A stretch of 64,000 nt of DNA from Balanoglossus misakiensis (GCA_040954595.2 CM082580.2:4888783-4952782), one strand, 5' to 3'. Counted from the stretch's first letter, positions 29,901-44,900 are shown. The notes: generated by a model not told the origin, from the letters alone. Program-made: numbers and translations.

Positions 29901-32900
29901 TGATGAAGATGCAGCATTCCATGATGAGGAAGATGAAGACACTACAAAGAGACAATCGGAGTCTGCTTTCAATGAAGGATATCTCACCATGAAAGGTAGT
30001 GTTTAGTGAGAAACATTGGGGAGGCAAAAACATGAAGAGATTTCTGTTACTTGGAAACATCATTTGTGCATGAATTATTGCATAACAATACTGTGTTCAT
30101 GCATCACTAACATTTCATAAGCAAAGTATAAAAGGTACATGGTCACCTCCAATTTACATATGTCCATAAAAGGCAAATGGTGATGGTATACCTTTAAGAG
30201 AAATTTGTTACTCTAGAATATTTGGATGTCCTGTTTGTTTTTGAGTTCTTGATGAAATGTTGGTTAGATTTACTATTTTAGGCACATTATGAGTTGTGTG
30301 TGCATTGTCTTTTAAGGCGGTGTAATGAACACATGGAAGAAGAGATGGTTTGTTCTCCGAGATGATACTGTGATGTGGTTTAAAGCAAAACAGGTAATGT
30401 CTGTCTTTCAAACAATGATAATGTGTGTGATTCTGGTCATTGTTCTGTAGATCCTTCGTATTGCAAGACATGGCATGTACAATGTACCTTGCCAAATTTA
30501 CTGTCAAAGAAAATGAACAGAAAAGGAAATTGAGACTGAAATCAAGGGTGTGTTTTTAAAATGATAGTCATAAAGATTATCGTAAAATTGGAGTGATGCA
30601 AAATAATAAAACCTAAGAATTGTCTGTTCCATGTATTCAGGAAGCTCTCAAGTCTGGTTGGCTGCAGAAGAAGGGAGGTGGTACAGGAACTTTGTCCAGG
30701 TAAAAGTCATCCATCAATTCCTGAGATGATGTACTCTGTATTATCCAGTAGTGACATATCTTCTATCTTATATTTTTGGAATGAGCAATTAGTGTGATAC
30801 GTACGTCATTTGTTGACTGATGTTTTCTCCCTGCTTTTTCAGACGCAACTGGAAGAAGCGTTGGTTCGTTCTGAAAGACACCATCCTATCCTACTATGAT
30901 TCTGATGCAGAGAATGCCAAACAACTTGGAAGAATTGACATCCGAGCTGCCAAGTAAGTCCATCATATATGTAGCATGTGTTGTCTTTGCCCCCGTTCAC
31001 GGTGACATATAACATTCATAAGCTAATCAGTGCCACTTGGAGAATTAATATTCACTTGTCAGTTTATTTTCCAGCTTTCTCCAAGGCAATTCAGTCCAAG
31101 TGTTGTATAGATATAAGATGAATTTCTTTTTCATTTTATTCAACTGTAGAGTTGAGAGTTTGTAAGATTTGCATAAATCTTGAATTATTACATTTCTAAT
31201 AGCCAGGAACAGTATTCACTTGTGCTGGGGGAAAAAGTACACATGATTCACCTCCATCATCAAACAGATCTGGCGTGCTTTCTACAACGTATTTCTTGTC
31301 AGGAGAGCTGTAAATGTACGTAATATCTTGTTCTTTTATTGTCAGGGATGTTGTTGATGCCAGCAGCGACAGAGAAAACGCCTTGAATATTGTGACATAC
31401 AGTAGGACGTACTATGTAGTTGCTGACACCGCTGATGACTGTAGGTAAGTAGTGAGGAGTTGGGGGGGGGGGGAGGTTGCAAGACAGATGAATTCTACTA
31501 AGAAATAGGGGAGGGAACATCAATAGTTTGAAGGGGAATAGCAAGAATTGTTTTGAATATTCTGGTAGCTGCAATGAAGGCATTGACAAAGTAGGTGGTT
31601 GGAAATATGGTTCATTGTGTAAGTGTTGTACGTGCTCCTAGACCTTGTTTATGTTATGAAATCCAAGATTCTTTTATTTGATACACGTACCGACAAGGGT
31701 AGGTTATCGTGCAGAAATTAATTAATTTATGACTGTAAACTTCAATTGTGTTGCAGTGAATGGTATGCTATACTAGTGAAAGTGTTGAGATGTAAATACG
31801 ATGAACTGAAAGATTTACAAGATGAACAGGCCAATCCCAAGAATGCTATTGGTTCTTTAGATGTTGCGTTGATCGATTCCTTGGCGCCCGTCAATTTACC
31901 ATCCAGGTAAGTCACACCAGACATGTATGTTCTATTTATTGTGACTTGATTGCCGAGATGCTGGACTTCGGATAAAGGAATGAACTGTGGTCTCAGACGA
32001 ATTATCCAATCAGCATCCTACTCTTATTCAAGGGTGTTAGTGCATTTCTGTATGTATGTGTGTCATCGTTGCTCTCAAAACAAAATGTACAACAGGCTAG
32101 GTGTGATAGCTGGTCAAAATGTCTGTGTAGAAAATCCATCATCACCAATCTCTTCTCATTATCTCAGAAAAAAATGATCAAACCATTGTCCAGTAGCTCA
32201 TCTATTTACACAAGATTTAGGAGATCAAGAAAATCCATGACAGATTTTGTTTCATCCTGCAGGCTATTAAGCATAATTTGTGTGCATGTCACCATATACC
32301 TTATAATTGTTACATATACATGTATATTTTATTTTAAGCCAAAGTCTTTTGCATGAAATGTATTCCTGCTTCTCCTCTCATACGCATGTATTTTTTCACA
32401 CCCTTCATCCAAAAGCTATCGATGGTTGCATGGCAAACAAATTGAGAGGTAATTACATTGTGGTGTCGTTCATCTAAAACCCTAACCCTAATGCTACCAT
32501 TCTGTACAGTAGTGATCAGTTTAGACTGGTGTGTTTTCTACTAATCATGATTCATATTAATACAACTCTTTGTAAATGTATTAATCTTCTTTCAATGTCC
32601 TTATCAATATTTAATGTTCTGTTTCACTTGACACTGTGTTCTGGTTATTGAACATTACATGAATATAGCGACACTCACAAAGACTTCTGAATGTGTTCTA
32701 AGGACAGAAGACACTGAGAAGTCTTGCAAGAAAATACAAGAAAACATGACACTACTGAAATGCCTGAGTTTTTATACACCTGATATTTCCTTGTCTTGTT
32801 TGTAATTTTGGTCAGACTGGTCAGTGAACATTCCAATGTTGAATTCTATCAGTTTGATTTTCCATCTTTTTGTATTAGTCTACCATTATGAAATACATAT

Positions 32901-35900
32901 TAATTATATACGTGTCTTTTTATCTCTCAGCCCCAATGCCTTTGCACTGGTTACAGCTGGCAGAGTTTACAATTTGATCGCAAATTCACCCGAAGAAATG
33001 AATACTTGGCTGACAGGTATGCCAGTTGTTTGGTGTTGTGTTCTCTCTTAATAAAAGAACTAGGAATATATGGAACAGCATACAGTTCTGTGTTTTTGGA
33101 GGTTTCTGTAATGATATTTTTCAGTTTGAATGGAATGAAATATTTCTTTTAATTTGTTCTCTTCAAAATGACTTATATTAGTACGTACATGTAGTTACTT
33201 GTTTTTCCATGCCACAGACAAAACAGGATTTAAGATAATTTTATTCCAAGTATGCTTGACTTATATTTTGAAAATTGGAATTTAAGTTTGATTTCATTTG
33301 TAACACTTATGACGATAGTAGAAGAATTGATGTAAAATCACAGTTGCCTGGGACTCTGGAACGAACTGCAGAGCTTGCAATCTCGAACCAAGAACCCAAC
33401 GGCAACCAAAGTCTCCATTCATGTATTTTGCAGCGCTCTACCATCACCGAGCACAGCGGGGGTTCAAGAAGGAAGACGTGCTGATGAGTGGCTGGCTCAC
33501 CAAGGAGTCGCCGGGATCGCTGACCAAGGGCGGGTCGGGAAAGAAGAAGAGGTACTTCGAACTGACCAACAACACCATGGATTTCTACAAGAGCATCGAT
33601 TCCCAACAGAAACTGGGCACCATAGTTCTCAACAGCCTGTGTTCCGTCATCCCTCCGGACGAAAAGGCCTTCCGGGATATAGGTAAGAATTTGGCGCGAA
33701 AGTTACAACTTTGTCGGCTATATTGGTGTTTTAGATGACACAGATTTGATTTAGCACTGAATTAACACTGCATACATTTTAGGTATCTTTAACAGGGATT
33801 ACGGACACTACCTTTTTGACACGACTGTCTACAATGAACCGGGCAAATGTAGGTGTCACTAAAAACAAATAACTTGTATGATCACTTATCACCTACCACG
33901 CAACTACTCAAAACCATCTCAACTGTTTCGTTGATAGCAATTTTAGGTGAGCATTCATCTACAACATAAATTTTGTAAGGATAGGATGAGATAGTATTGT
34001 AGGTAATACAATTTCTATCTGGTCCTGATGACAGAGATATGTTAATCATATACTCTTTATGTTGTTGATGGATGTAAATCTAAAATAGGCATGTACATGT
34101 ACATGCATGCAACAGAGACATGTATTCTGGACTTAATAATATGCAAAAGAGCATGGTATTTCAATTTACGGAGTGCCTGATACTTTCCCTGGGTTTTTCT
34201 TTCCACTCGTTGATTGCCAATGTTGATTCAAACATGCATGGATGCAGATTCTAGCAAACACTCATTTAGTTTGAAATTAAACACCTTTCCCATTAAATAT
34301 CACCATGTAAAAATCATATTGAATACTTTATGGATAATACCCAGTCTTGGAAGTATATTCCAAATTCTCTGTATGAAATCTGTCCACAAGACAATTACTG
34401 AAAGATTTTGCTGACTTTTTGCTTTGCTGTTAATGTTACAATGCTTTTGTTTAACAAACTACTAACCCTTTCTCTAATTTTTTGCATTATAGTTTTTGAA
34501 TCTTTGTGATAAAGATACTAAATTAAAATTAAAATATCGAAAGAAATTCCCTATTTAGAAAATATCATTATCACGGTCAAAATAACGGTCGAGTTTTGAG
34601 TTCTTGCTCCATCGCAGTAGACATGTGTTCAATGAAAAAAGGACCGGTTTGACATGTTCTGTATTCAAATAAATTGAACTTGTCATGAAACAGTAGAATA
34701 TGCAAGCCAGGTCACTTAGCGCATTAGAATATGAAATGACTTCACTACACAAATCACCTATCTTTGCGTTTGCCGTCAAGATATATTTCTGAGACTTAGC
34801 CCTGAATACTGTCCTCTTCATCAGAGATTTGTTTGAATTGGCACTCAGGTCTGTATCGTATACTGTCAGTGTGTCTCGCAAACACAAATTGTGATTTCTG
34901 GAAAAGAACCTGGGTGATATGCTGAATGGCAAATACATTGTTGGCCTGCACAAACATTTGCGTTTAAGTGAGTTATTGACTTTCACAGCAAGAACTCAGA
35001 GCCTGGTCTGAAAATATCTCATATTGCATCTCATTCATTCTCCCTACTTTTCCACACGATAAACGTAACCAGGTAAAAGGCGACGTCACCATTCCTTTAG
35101 CGGGTGTGAACTGCTCAAAACTTATAACTCACACCCAAGGCTTAGTCTTACCTTTACTGGCTCACAAAGTTTTAAACAAACCCAATCGCCTCAAAAGAAG
35201 GGTAGGTGGCTGTGTCTGACAATTACTACATGTTTACAGTTTAAACGTCGATCGTCAAGTGTCTTGTACGTATCATGTGCTTTTAATGCATGGCTGTTGA
35301 TTAATAATTATGCGCATGTATAATGTGTGTGTAGTAATGCATGTTGGGTATGTACAGTAGAAAATAACCCAGAATGGTGTATCATTGTGGCTTTTATGAT
35401 GTAATTTTTTTTTTAATATGAGTTTATTCGGCACTCTGTCTAGATATTAACACTTTGAACTCCTGGGTCACTGGAAGCCAGGATGCAAAGGGTTTTAAGA
35501 AACGTATTCTAAAATGTTATTATCAACCAGAATAGTTTTCAAGATCATAATTGAAATACTTCCCCGTATTCATCATCTTACTTGAAAAGTAACGAAATTG
35601 AATATTCAATTAAATATGTTCTCAATGGTAGATTTCCATAAGAAGGAAACAGTCATCATTGCATTATCATTCTTCGTTATTTTCTACTGTCAATTATTTT
35701 AACTGTAATGTTTGTGTCTCGTGGGGTAATAAGGTGTCATCTATGTTTTCATATGTGAAAGAACTGTTTGATGTTTAAAAATGAGTTACCATTTAATCGA
35801 ATGGCAAAAAATTGCTATGTATTTCCGAATGTGGCAACTCTGATTTAAAGCTATATGATACATTCCTATACACAACAAATAATTTGCGAGTTACAAAGCA

Positions 35901-38900
35901 GATACCGTACCAGTTTCAGTTAACTAAAATATGATAAACCACACTGCACGCAGCGAAATGAATAGAAAATTCAGATTTTGTCTAAATAAGCAAATGTATA
36001 GTTATTATTACTGCTCTACCAGTACACAATTGCACATATAATCATCACCACAATCTGATACACGCACATGTGATCATTGGTAGTCGCTTTCTCATGTCTG
36101 TCATGTTTTTAAACTCTCTTGCCAACAAAAGAAAGTTACCAGCAAACAAATCTATCCCAAGCTTTACTTTATAAAACCAAGCCCTGTGTTAGCTCTAGGG
36201 TTCCTAATTTTTTTTCTAGTTTTCTAACATCTGATTTGCTGTTTCTGTGGTTAAAGTCCTGCCATATCACACAGGCAGTATTGAAAAAATAAGTGTAAAA
36301 GTTGTCCAGTCCAGTACAGATGTGGTGCTGGTCTGGGACAGACATACATGTACTGATAACACTACAGTACCAGTTACTGGTGATCATTACTTCCTTCTGT
36401 CTGCTTTGATGACTGTAGCAAGAATAACATACACTTTGACATTCATATATGCACTTGATTCTTACATACCAGTTTACGATGATATCAGAGACAGCTTGTT
36501 GGTGTAGTAACCATCCTTGTTGCCAGCACTTGTCTTTTACGGACTGTTTGAAACATACACATTGATGTAGTTCATTTTCCTTTCTAGCACAAGTGTTTAT
36601 AATAGTCATTTTTGCATATTTTGCATGAAGCATATATGTAAAATGCATACTGTATGAAACTGTGTGCATGGCCTGGGACGTACTTGTACCAGTTAGTGTA
36701 GTCGTCATGTAGTGTAATTGCTAAAATAGCTGTGACTGTTACCATGGCAATCGTGCTATACAACCAAACAGTCTGTCACTTCCAATATTGGCATCATGAA
36801 TTGGGCAAATAAAGAGCATACTCTGATTAATGTCTACTCAAATTACTCGCACATTCAGAAATTCAGGAAGATGACAGCTTGCCCAGAAATAATTGTGGAT
36901 ATAAATGACTGCGGCCATCGTTGCTCAATTCATGATGTAATTTAGATATGATAGATGTATCATCAGCTAAGACTGTACTCAGCAACTGAAGCTTGGAATA
37001 TGCATGGGCAGGAGATCATAGATGAAGCCAGGAATAAATGTAGAAATGTTTTGAAATATCGAAGTAGACGTAATCATAAAATCCTAATGAAATGCTGCAA
37101 ACTTGATTTCTTTTTTGCAACAGCTTAAGATACTATTACTGTTGGGTGAATTGTGCATGGATATTGCGACTGCATACTGCCAACCAGTTAAAACTCTAGA
37201 TTTTAGAAAAATTTGAAAAAACAAAAACAAGTTCTGAGAATTTCATTCGCAGCGAAATAGTATAGTGGCATGTGTTTTAACCCCAGATCACTGGCAATGT
37301 CCTTTGCATTCTTCAATACAAGGCTTTTGTTACTACCCTTCTAACAGGTGCCTGGAAGTTCATGGTTCACGGTCGGAAACATTCCTACAGTCTTCACACC
37401 TTGTCGTACGATGAAGCCTGGAGATGGGTGTGTGCGGTGCAAGACGTCATCGACAGCAAACCTCCAATAGAGACGCCAACACAGCAACTTTTCAATGATA
37501 TCAAAGTAAGTGACATACATACAATCACTGACATCAAGGTGCAGTAGTGGTCAAGGTAATTATTGTGCGTGATGTTTTTATAATAATAGTCATTGTTATA
37601 ATTTTCATCACACAACTTTACAACTACATGTAAGGTCATCAAGATCATTATCATGTAATCGCCAATACTGCCATCATTCCGGGTCTTCATGTTAACAAAT
37701 GAAGATAAAGTTTGGTCTCGTCAGTCCTTCAGATAAAACAATCAAGGATTTACAGTTATTTCATAAAATGAATTGTAAATTTAGAAATTAAAATCAGTCT
37801 ATATTAAACACCAAAGAAACTGAGAAAACTGCGGATTACAGAAATGTTCACTCTATAATACTGAATTCCTTATAGCAGTCTTGGTATTTTGCAGTAGACT
37901 GAAAATTGTGGACATGACTTGGTTTACGGAGCTGTCAATATGATTACACTTGGTGATATGTTTTTCTACATTTTGCAGGAGGCTGCAGCATCAGGACAGA
38001 CAGAATCAATAGATCAGATCTATGACAGAAATCCAATCCTTCGTAATACCCCCCACACACTAAAAGCACCATTACTGCCACTGCCTTACGGACAGCTTAC
38101 ATCTACAGGTAGTGTACTTAGAACACTTGTCTTGTGTGTTGAAACTCTATTTCCACCAATAGAGGGCGTACTTGTATTGTGTATTGAAACTCTATTTCCA
38201 CCAATAGAGGGTGCTGTCTAGTGTTTTATGTATCGCGTTTGCATATATCCACACACTGTAATGTTGATCCAACATTTCCGTTCATTTTCAAGGCATTTGA
38301 GATAAGATTGCTGTAAATGACAGAAACTGCTGCAGGACAGTAATATTTTCCCTCACTGAATACACAACGATCTTCTTGCAAGCCTTATTATAATAAAAAA
38401 ACTTATGATGTAAATATAAAACTCGCAAGAGAAGACCACTCATCCAACAGAGGCGTGTGGTCACCAGTACTTGAACTCAGTTCAATATTCAGCTTGTATT
38501 GTATTGTATTGTACTCTATTGTATTGTATTACTCTATTGTATTGTATTACTCTATTGTATTGTATTGTATTGTATTGTATTGTATTGTATTGTATTGTAT
38601 TGTATTTGTACTAATGTGCTTGAACATTTTGACTCTTTCAATCAGATCCAGAAAAGGGCTACACAAGTTTACAAGAGGAAGCTGTGAAAGTCTTCAGTAC
38701 ATTACAAGGATCTGAAAATGTTGGGGATCCAGTTCCTGTTATCCAGGTAGGAAATAATGATATCTTTTTTCGTTCTTTCGGGAAGGATATGCTCTGATAG
38801 TTTGCAGTTTATTCTATTTAAAAAAAATTCCACTGCTAAGTGGTTATGGTCAGCTGAGGATATTCATGTTTCTGTTTATTTATTTTCTTGTTTGTCATGG

Positions 38901-41900
38901 CAGTTGTTTCCATGGCAACTGTAAACCTAAATCACGATTAAACTGGTAGTTGAATTTAAGACTGAAGAATGGCTATGTTTGTTTTAGTTGTATCAAATGC
39001 AGATCAGATTGCAGTTCCGTCTGTAAATACAAATAAATTTATTGCGTGACATTTCCAGGGAATCATGCAAACTTGCCATGACTTGAGACCACTGCGGGAT
39101 GAAGTCTATTGTCAACTAATGAAACAAACCACAGGAATCCAGGATCCAGACAGTCTGAATAATCTACGCAATTGGCAAATCATGGCATGTATGTGTTGTA
39201 CGTTTGTACCCAGTAGGAAGATTCTAAGACATTTGAAATTCCATCTGAAGAGGTAAGAATTGGAATACGATGTATGGTTTTGATTTCTACAAATATATCA
39301 TTTCTGAGTTCTCTAACCTTTTTTTCGACCATGGTTCAGTCCAAACCCATTGTATTCGATGGTAAGGTTGGACCTCTAAAGAAGGAACTGGGGGTAGAAG
39401 GGTTAAACTTCCAACACATGGCTTCACACTCTAGTTGTAACCAGTGCTGTACAAGGTGTTAGCCAGCTTAGTGTAGCAAAAACACCCCAAGAGTTGCAAT
39501 TTTTCTACAGTACATTCATGATTTTACCTGCCCATTCTGAGACTTACAATATATGCATGACTGTGTATGACCTTTTTACAAAGCGTGTTCATTCATTTAG
39601 TGAGAAGAATTCAAAGAATATCCAAGGAACAATGAAATATACTTGAGATCAACACATTTCATAGTTGCATCTCTTGGGGGATTTAACCGAACGTCAACAA
39701 AGCTGCAGGATAGCAATTCAAAATGTTCAGGTTTTTTTTTATTGTTCCTGAGTCAGTTCCTCATTACAAAGATGTGTTTATTACCTTTCAGACAAATCGA
39801 AATATTTCCAGAGAGTCAGATGGCTAAATATGCACAGCATGCTCTACAGACAATCAAGAGAACACGAAGCACTCGAGAATTCGTCCCATCCAGAGAAGAG
39901 ATCATAGCTTGCCTGGTGAGTTCCCAATACAATGAAGTACTGTAAAACGGGTTATTTTCCCGACAGGAAAAATTTCGCGATATCAAAAGAGGCAACTGTT
40001 ATGCGAGGATTAATTTTCGCGCTCTCGTATTTCACTAACTGCATCGTTATCTCTGAAAAACATTTTACATGACTTTTTATTTTCACGTCTTTTGGCTCTC
40101 GCGTATTTCGCGAAGATTTATTGCTCGCGAAAATAACCAGTTTTACAGTATAACCACATGGTGTTTGGTCCTTTTTGCAATTCTCCAACAGGATTGACTT
40201 ATTTGCCATTTTATGTAAATATTTTTCAGGCTCGACGTGAGATGAATGCGACAGTGTACTGCTACGGCGGAGGATCTTGTCAGATTTCTATCAATTCAGC
40301 CACCACTACAGGGGAGGTGAGTGAATGTTTATAGACAGCATTTGTCAGTTTGCTTTTGGCACTAACAGTACTGCCCAAAACAAGTGTGTTTTGCCTATTA
40401 TTTATCAGTGCTATAAACTTTTAGAGGATGAATCATTTGATCATTACCACAGCCAAAATGTGTACATGTTTATAACATATATTATTTCTTTGGATCGAAT
40501 AAGCCTTTAGGGGTAATCTAATGACTTCTATGCATATATGATCATGTGACAGCTTTTATCCAATCAGAGATGCATTTCTCTGACATGCATTCCAGTCTTA
40601 TGAAGGGTAACACTTTGATGCAAGGGTCGGGGGGGGGGGGGGTCTGCTAACTGCAGCACATAGTGATACTGTGGATGGCATAATGGAAAAGGAAATATTA
40701 GCTGTTACAAGAAAACAGATGAATATCTTGTAATACACCCAGGAAGGCAAATGATTGATAATTATGTGTTTTTCCCACAGGTGATAAAGACTCTGCTTAA
40801 AGGAATGGATCTTGACAAATCCCCCAATAAATTTGCACTGTTCGAGAAATCGCCCCCAACAGAGAAAGTGATTGAAGAGAGGACCATATTAGCCGACGTC
40901 CTCGCCAAGTTCGAACAGTACAAGGCACAAGGCGTCGGCAATCCCAAACAACCGTGGCAACTGTTCTTCAAGATCCACTGCTTTATGGAAACGGAGAAGA
41001 TTAACAAAGAGAGTATTGAGTATTCCTTTATGTTTGAACAGGTAAGGAGTATATATTAGCTGATGTCCTGCTGAAGATTATAGTGGGACTGGGTCATAGT
41101 TTGTTTGAGTTTCATCATTTGACAGCATTTGTAGTTTGTACTTTAAGTTGTGTCTGTGTTTAATATGAATAGGGACACATAAATGCAACTGGTTTACTTG
41201 TGGACTTTGGTTTACAAAGAAGATGAACATGCCAGTAATTCAAGATGATGTGCCAGTGCCAAGGAATTATCACAGAAATCACAAAATCATACTCAATCTG
41301 GCTATTGTTTCATTCGCAAATGGTGTCAATTAAATGTTTTCTGATGTTATAAATTTGTGTGGCGTGTGAATCATTGGACTCTTTCTTTATTTTTCACAGT
41401 CACATGAGCAAGTCTTGCGCGGACAGTTTCCGGCCTCGGAAGAGATGCTTCAGTACTTGGCAGCACTCCGACTGCAGTATGTCAAGGGAAATTACATCAA
41501 TGGTCTATGGCTGTAAGTCATCTGTGATCAGTGTTTTTCCAGTGTTATGCATGCATTGTCTATGGACAACATATAAAATTTCATGTCCGTATGAGGAGTG
41601 CATGGTGCAAGATACTGTAAAACACTTTATTTTCGCGAGTTAAATTTTTCACGTTCTCTTATTTCATTCACTGCATCGTTATCTTCACAAACAATTTACT
41701 CGACTTTTTATTTTCACACTATTTTGGCTCTCGCGTATTTGGCGAAAATTAATTGCTCGCGAAAATAAAGTGTTTTACAGTAACTGATAGATGGTTTAGA
41801 TGTGCAACATTGATGTGTCATATTGGCTTTAGAGGGCACAGTGCAGTAGTTGTTTGCTCTACGGCCTCGGGTAATAGCATGTGATTCTGGTAACTCACAG

Positions 41901-44900
41901 CCCCTGGGGGGTAATAAACGGCCGCTATGGCCCTCATGGCCAGGCAATAGGTGTTCATCATAAATTTTGTGAAATTTCGATTGCAGTGATGACCTGGGTT
42001 CATACTACTGTCTGAATCGACTCAAATCTAACAAAGCACCCAAAGAAAAAGAGAATGAATCACCCGTGAAGCAAGTGGAAAAGAAAGAGAATGTCATTGT
42101 GGTGAGTATTGACCCTACCTTCACCCCCCTCTTGGTGTATAATGGTTTGAACCGAGGATTTGAACCGCAAAGTGTGATGATGAAAGGGGGATTTGATGTA
42201 TGATGTCATTATTGTGAAATGTCACTTGTCCTATATCCATTTTCGCTTGTAGCCATTTTACTGGAAAAAAGTTGTACAAATCTTATGGAGCCAATACAGT
42301 AAAACACTTTATTTTCGCGAGTTAAAATTTTCGCGATATCGAGAGAGGCTGCTGTTTCGCAAGTATTAACTTTCGCGTTCTCTTATTTCATTCACTGCAT
42401 CGTTATCTTCAAAAAAATTTAGGCGACTTTTTATTTTCACGCTATTTTGGCTTTCGCGTATTTCGCGAAAATTTATTGCTCGTGAAAATAAAGTGTTTTA
42501 CAGTATGTTGATAATGATTAAACTTCCTTTGCTTCACAATTACAGGGTACACTGCGAGGGCTTGGAAGGGGAACTTTACGAAAGTTGCAAAAATCCTGTG
42601 AGTATTACTAGGGCTGTTACCTTTTCACATTTGGAAACATATACACATGTATGTTGCTATTCGGGCCAGAATGTCTTCAAATCAAATTTTATCGTACAAT
42701 ATGTTCATTTTTGTACGTCAGGCATAGACCTTATATGGTTTTGTTGCAAATGCAGTCAGTTTTTAACCACTTCAATTTCACAGTGGATGGCTCTTTGAAG
42801 AAATGTGCCACAAAGTGAACACTTCGGGAATGAAGGTGTATAAAATGGGGTTGTGCACAAAATCAGTCATGTATGGACTCATTCTCCAAGCAGAGACTAT
42901 CATTTATACTTTTAAGCGAGCTAAGGAGTCTGACCATAGTCTGCTATGGAGTAGCTCTAAGTGAGCGCTGTTTAAGGCGCGGTGGGGACAGTAGGGGTCC
43001 GTGTGCCAGCCAATCATATGCTGTCTCAAGCCCGCCGGAGGGAAAGTTTCCCGGGCTTTGGTCATTGCCACTTTTGCATTCGGCGGAGCAGCAGGTGTGT
43101 CCCAGTGTGGTTTGTGTGAGAGAGCCAGTGTGCCTTAGGCAGAGTATCAGTCAGACACCTTAGGTACTTTAAAAATATCCAGACTGTCTCTGTTTGGAGA
43201 ATGGTGTGGACTTTGCCTGGAGCAACCATTCACACATGTCTGTATTTTGTGATTGCTGGCAACTCAATATGTTTTTGGGGGGATTCCTTGATGTACATTT
43301 ATGTAATAATCTTATATTAACCATCGGCAATTTGTGTACTTTCAGCGTCTGATGATTCATTATTAATTGACGAAGTGTTCAAAGAAGATCTGTCAGCGAC
43401 AACTACCTCAGTCATAGAAAAATGGAAGACTCTTATTGTAAGTTGGGGTTTTTACATAATGTTTACTGTGCGTGTAATTTAGTATACTGGAAAATCTTGG
43501 AAAGTCGATAAAAAAAGTGAGTCCACTTCTTCCTAATGGTGTGATGTCACATGGTTTTGTTCACTACTATGGGAGACCAAAAATTGCTTGTAAACACTGA
43601 TATGCAGAATCCTGTTCAGACCAAATTTTGAGCCTCTATACACGATTGTGTACAGCCAGCTTTTACCTTCTTTTGTTGTTCCTCTATATAAATTGTCTTT
43701 TCTCAAACATGAATACTGGCTGTTTTATACTTGGTTGTATTCTATCTGTGCATTGTATATATGTATGTTATCTTTTGTAAGTGTGAGGAATACAACACAG
43801 TTGTTAGGATCTTGTCAACAGTCCTTTGCCCCTGTCATTTTGTATTTTGTTTGTTTGACGTCCAACTAAGGTCTACAGTAGCTACAGCGCCATTGGGGCT
43901 GTGTTTACAAACATCAGAGACATGTGCAGTGTGGACGTTATTTATTTTGCACCTTTACTTACATTGTAGCAATGTGTCTATTCCTTTGTGCCATCGTTCA
44001 AAAACTGCAATCATGTGTGTTTCTCGTTGTTACAGGGTTTGCCCATGGACGAAGCCCAAGAGAAATACATGAACGTGATCAGAAAGTGGCCAGGTTGTGG
44101 TTCCACCATCTTCGATGTGGAGGGCAAGGAGGGCCTCTTCCTGGGAGAGTTGTGGATTGGTGTCAGTGGTAGGACTATTGCGTTCTACAGACGAGGTGAC
44201 ACCAAACCGATAGATGAATTCTCCTATGAAAAGTAAGCGCTGAAACGTTCTTCATCTGTACTTTGAAGCAGGAATACTACTTCTTCATTCCATGCCAAAC
44301 AATGTCATGAGTTGGGAGAGTACTGTAAAACGGGTTATTTTCGCGAGCAGTAAATTTTTTGCGAAATACGCGAGAGCCAAATAAACATGGAAATAAAAAG
44401 TCGCGTAAAATCTGTTTCGGAGATAACGATGCAGTAAAAATACGAGAACGCGAAAATTACTCATCGCGCAACAGTTGCCTCCCATGATAGCGCGAAAATT
44501 TCTTGTCACGAAAATAACCCGTTTTACAGTATTTTCTGTCGTGATCTAGTTCAGACACATCTGAAAGGAGTTTTGTTATATTACTTTTTTTTTTTTCTCA
44601 CCACAGAATAATGTCCTTCGGTGCGCCACTGGCCAATGAATACAAGATAGTTGTGGAAGGTCACAAGTCGCCATTCATATTCGAAACAAGCCAGGTTAGT
44701 ACCTAGAATCAGTTTTGTTCTGAAGTAGTTTTCTTAACTTGTTCAGCTGACTTTTCAAATTTCATAGTGGCTATCACTTGATAATGCACACATACATGAT
44801 GTTAAGACCATAGTTGATACACATTTTGTATATTTTTAAAATTTGCATGAGCCAGTCAGCAATCATTTTGTATCAAGTAATTTTATGTTCTCGGATTTTT

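Noticed and set aside
34555-34986. 143-aa minus-strand ORF in the large intron
   Set aside because: No recognisable motif, non-ATG start and no splice context; probably chance or decayed repeat
36169-36708. 179-aa minus-strand ORF, longest in the ORF track
   Set aside because: Composition typical of non-coding DNA; no domain motif recognised
41832-41934. Weak inverted repeat GAGGGCACAGTG / CGCTATGGCCCTC
   Set aside because: Short, mismatched and single copy in the window; not enough to call an element
43038-43056. GGGAAAGTTTCCCGG resembling the RNase MRP/P CR-I motif
   Set aside because: No matching downstream CR-V/P4 partner found in the required order
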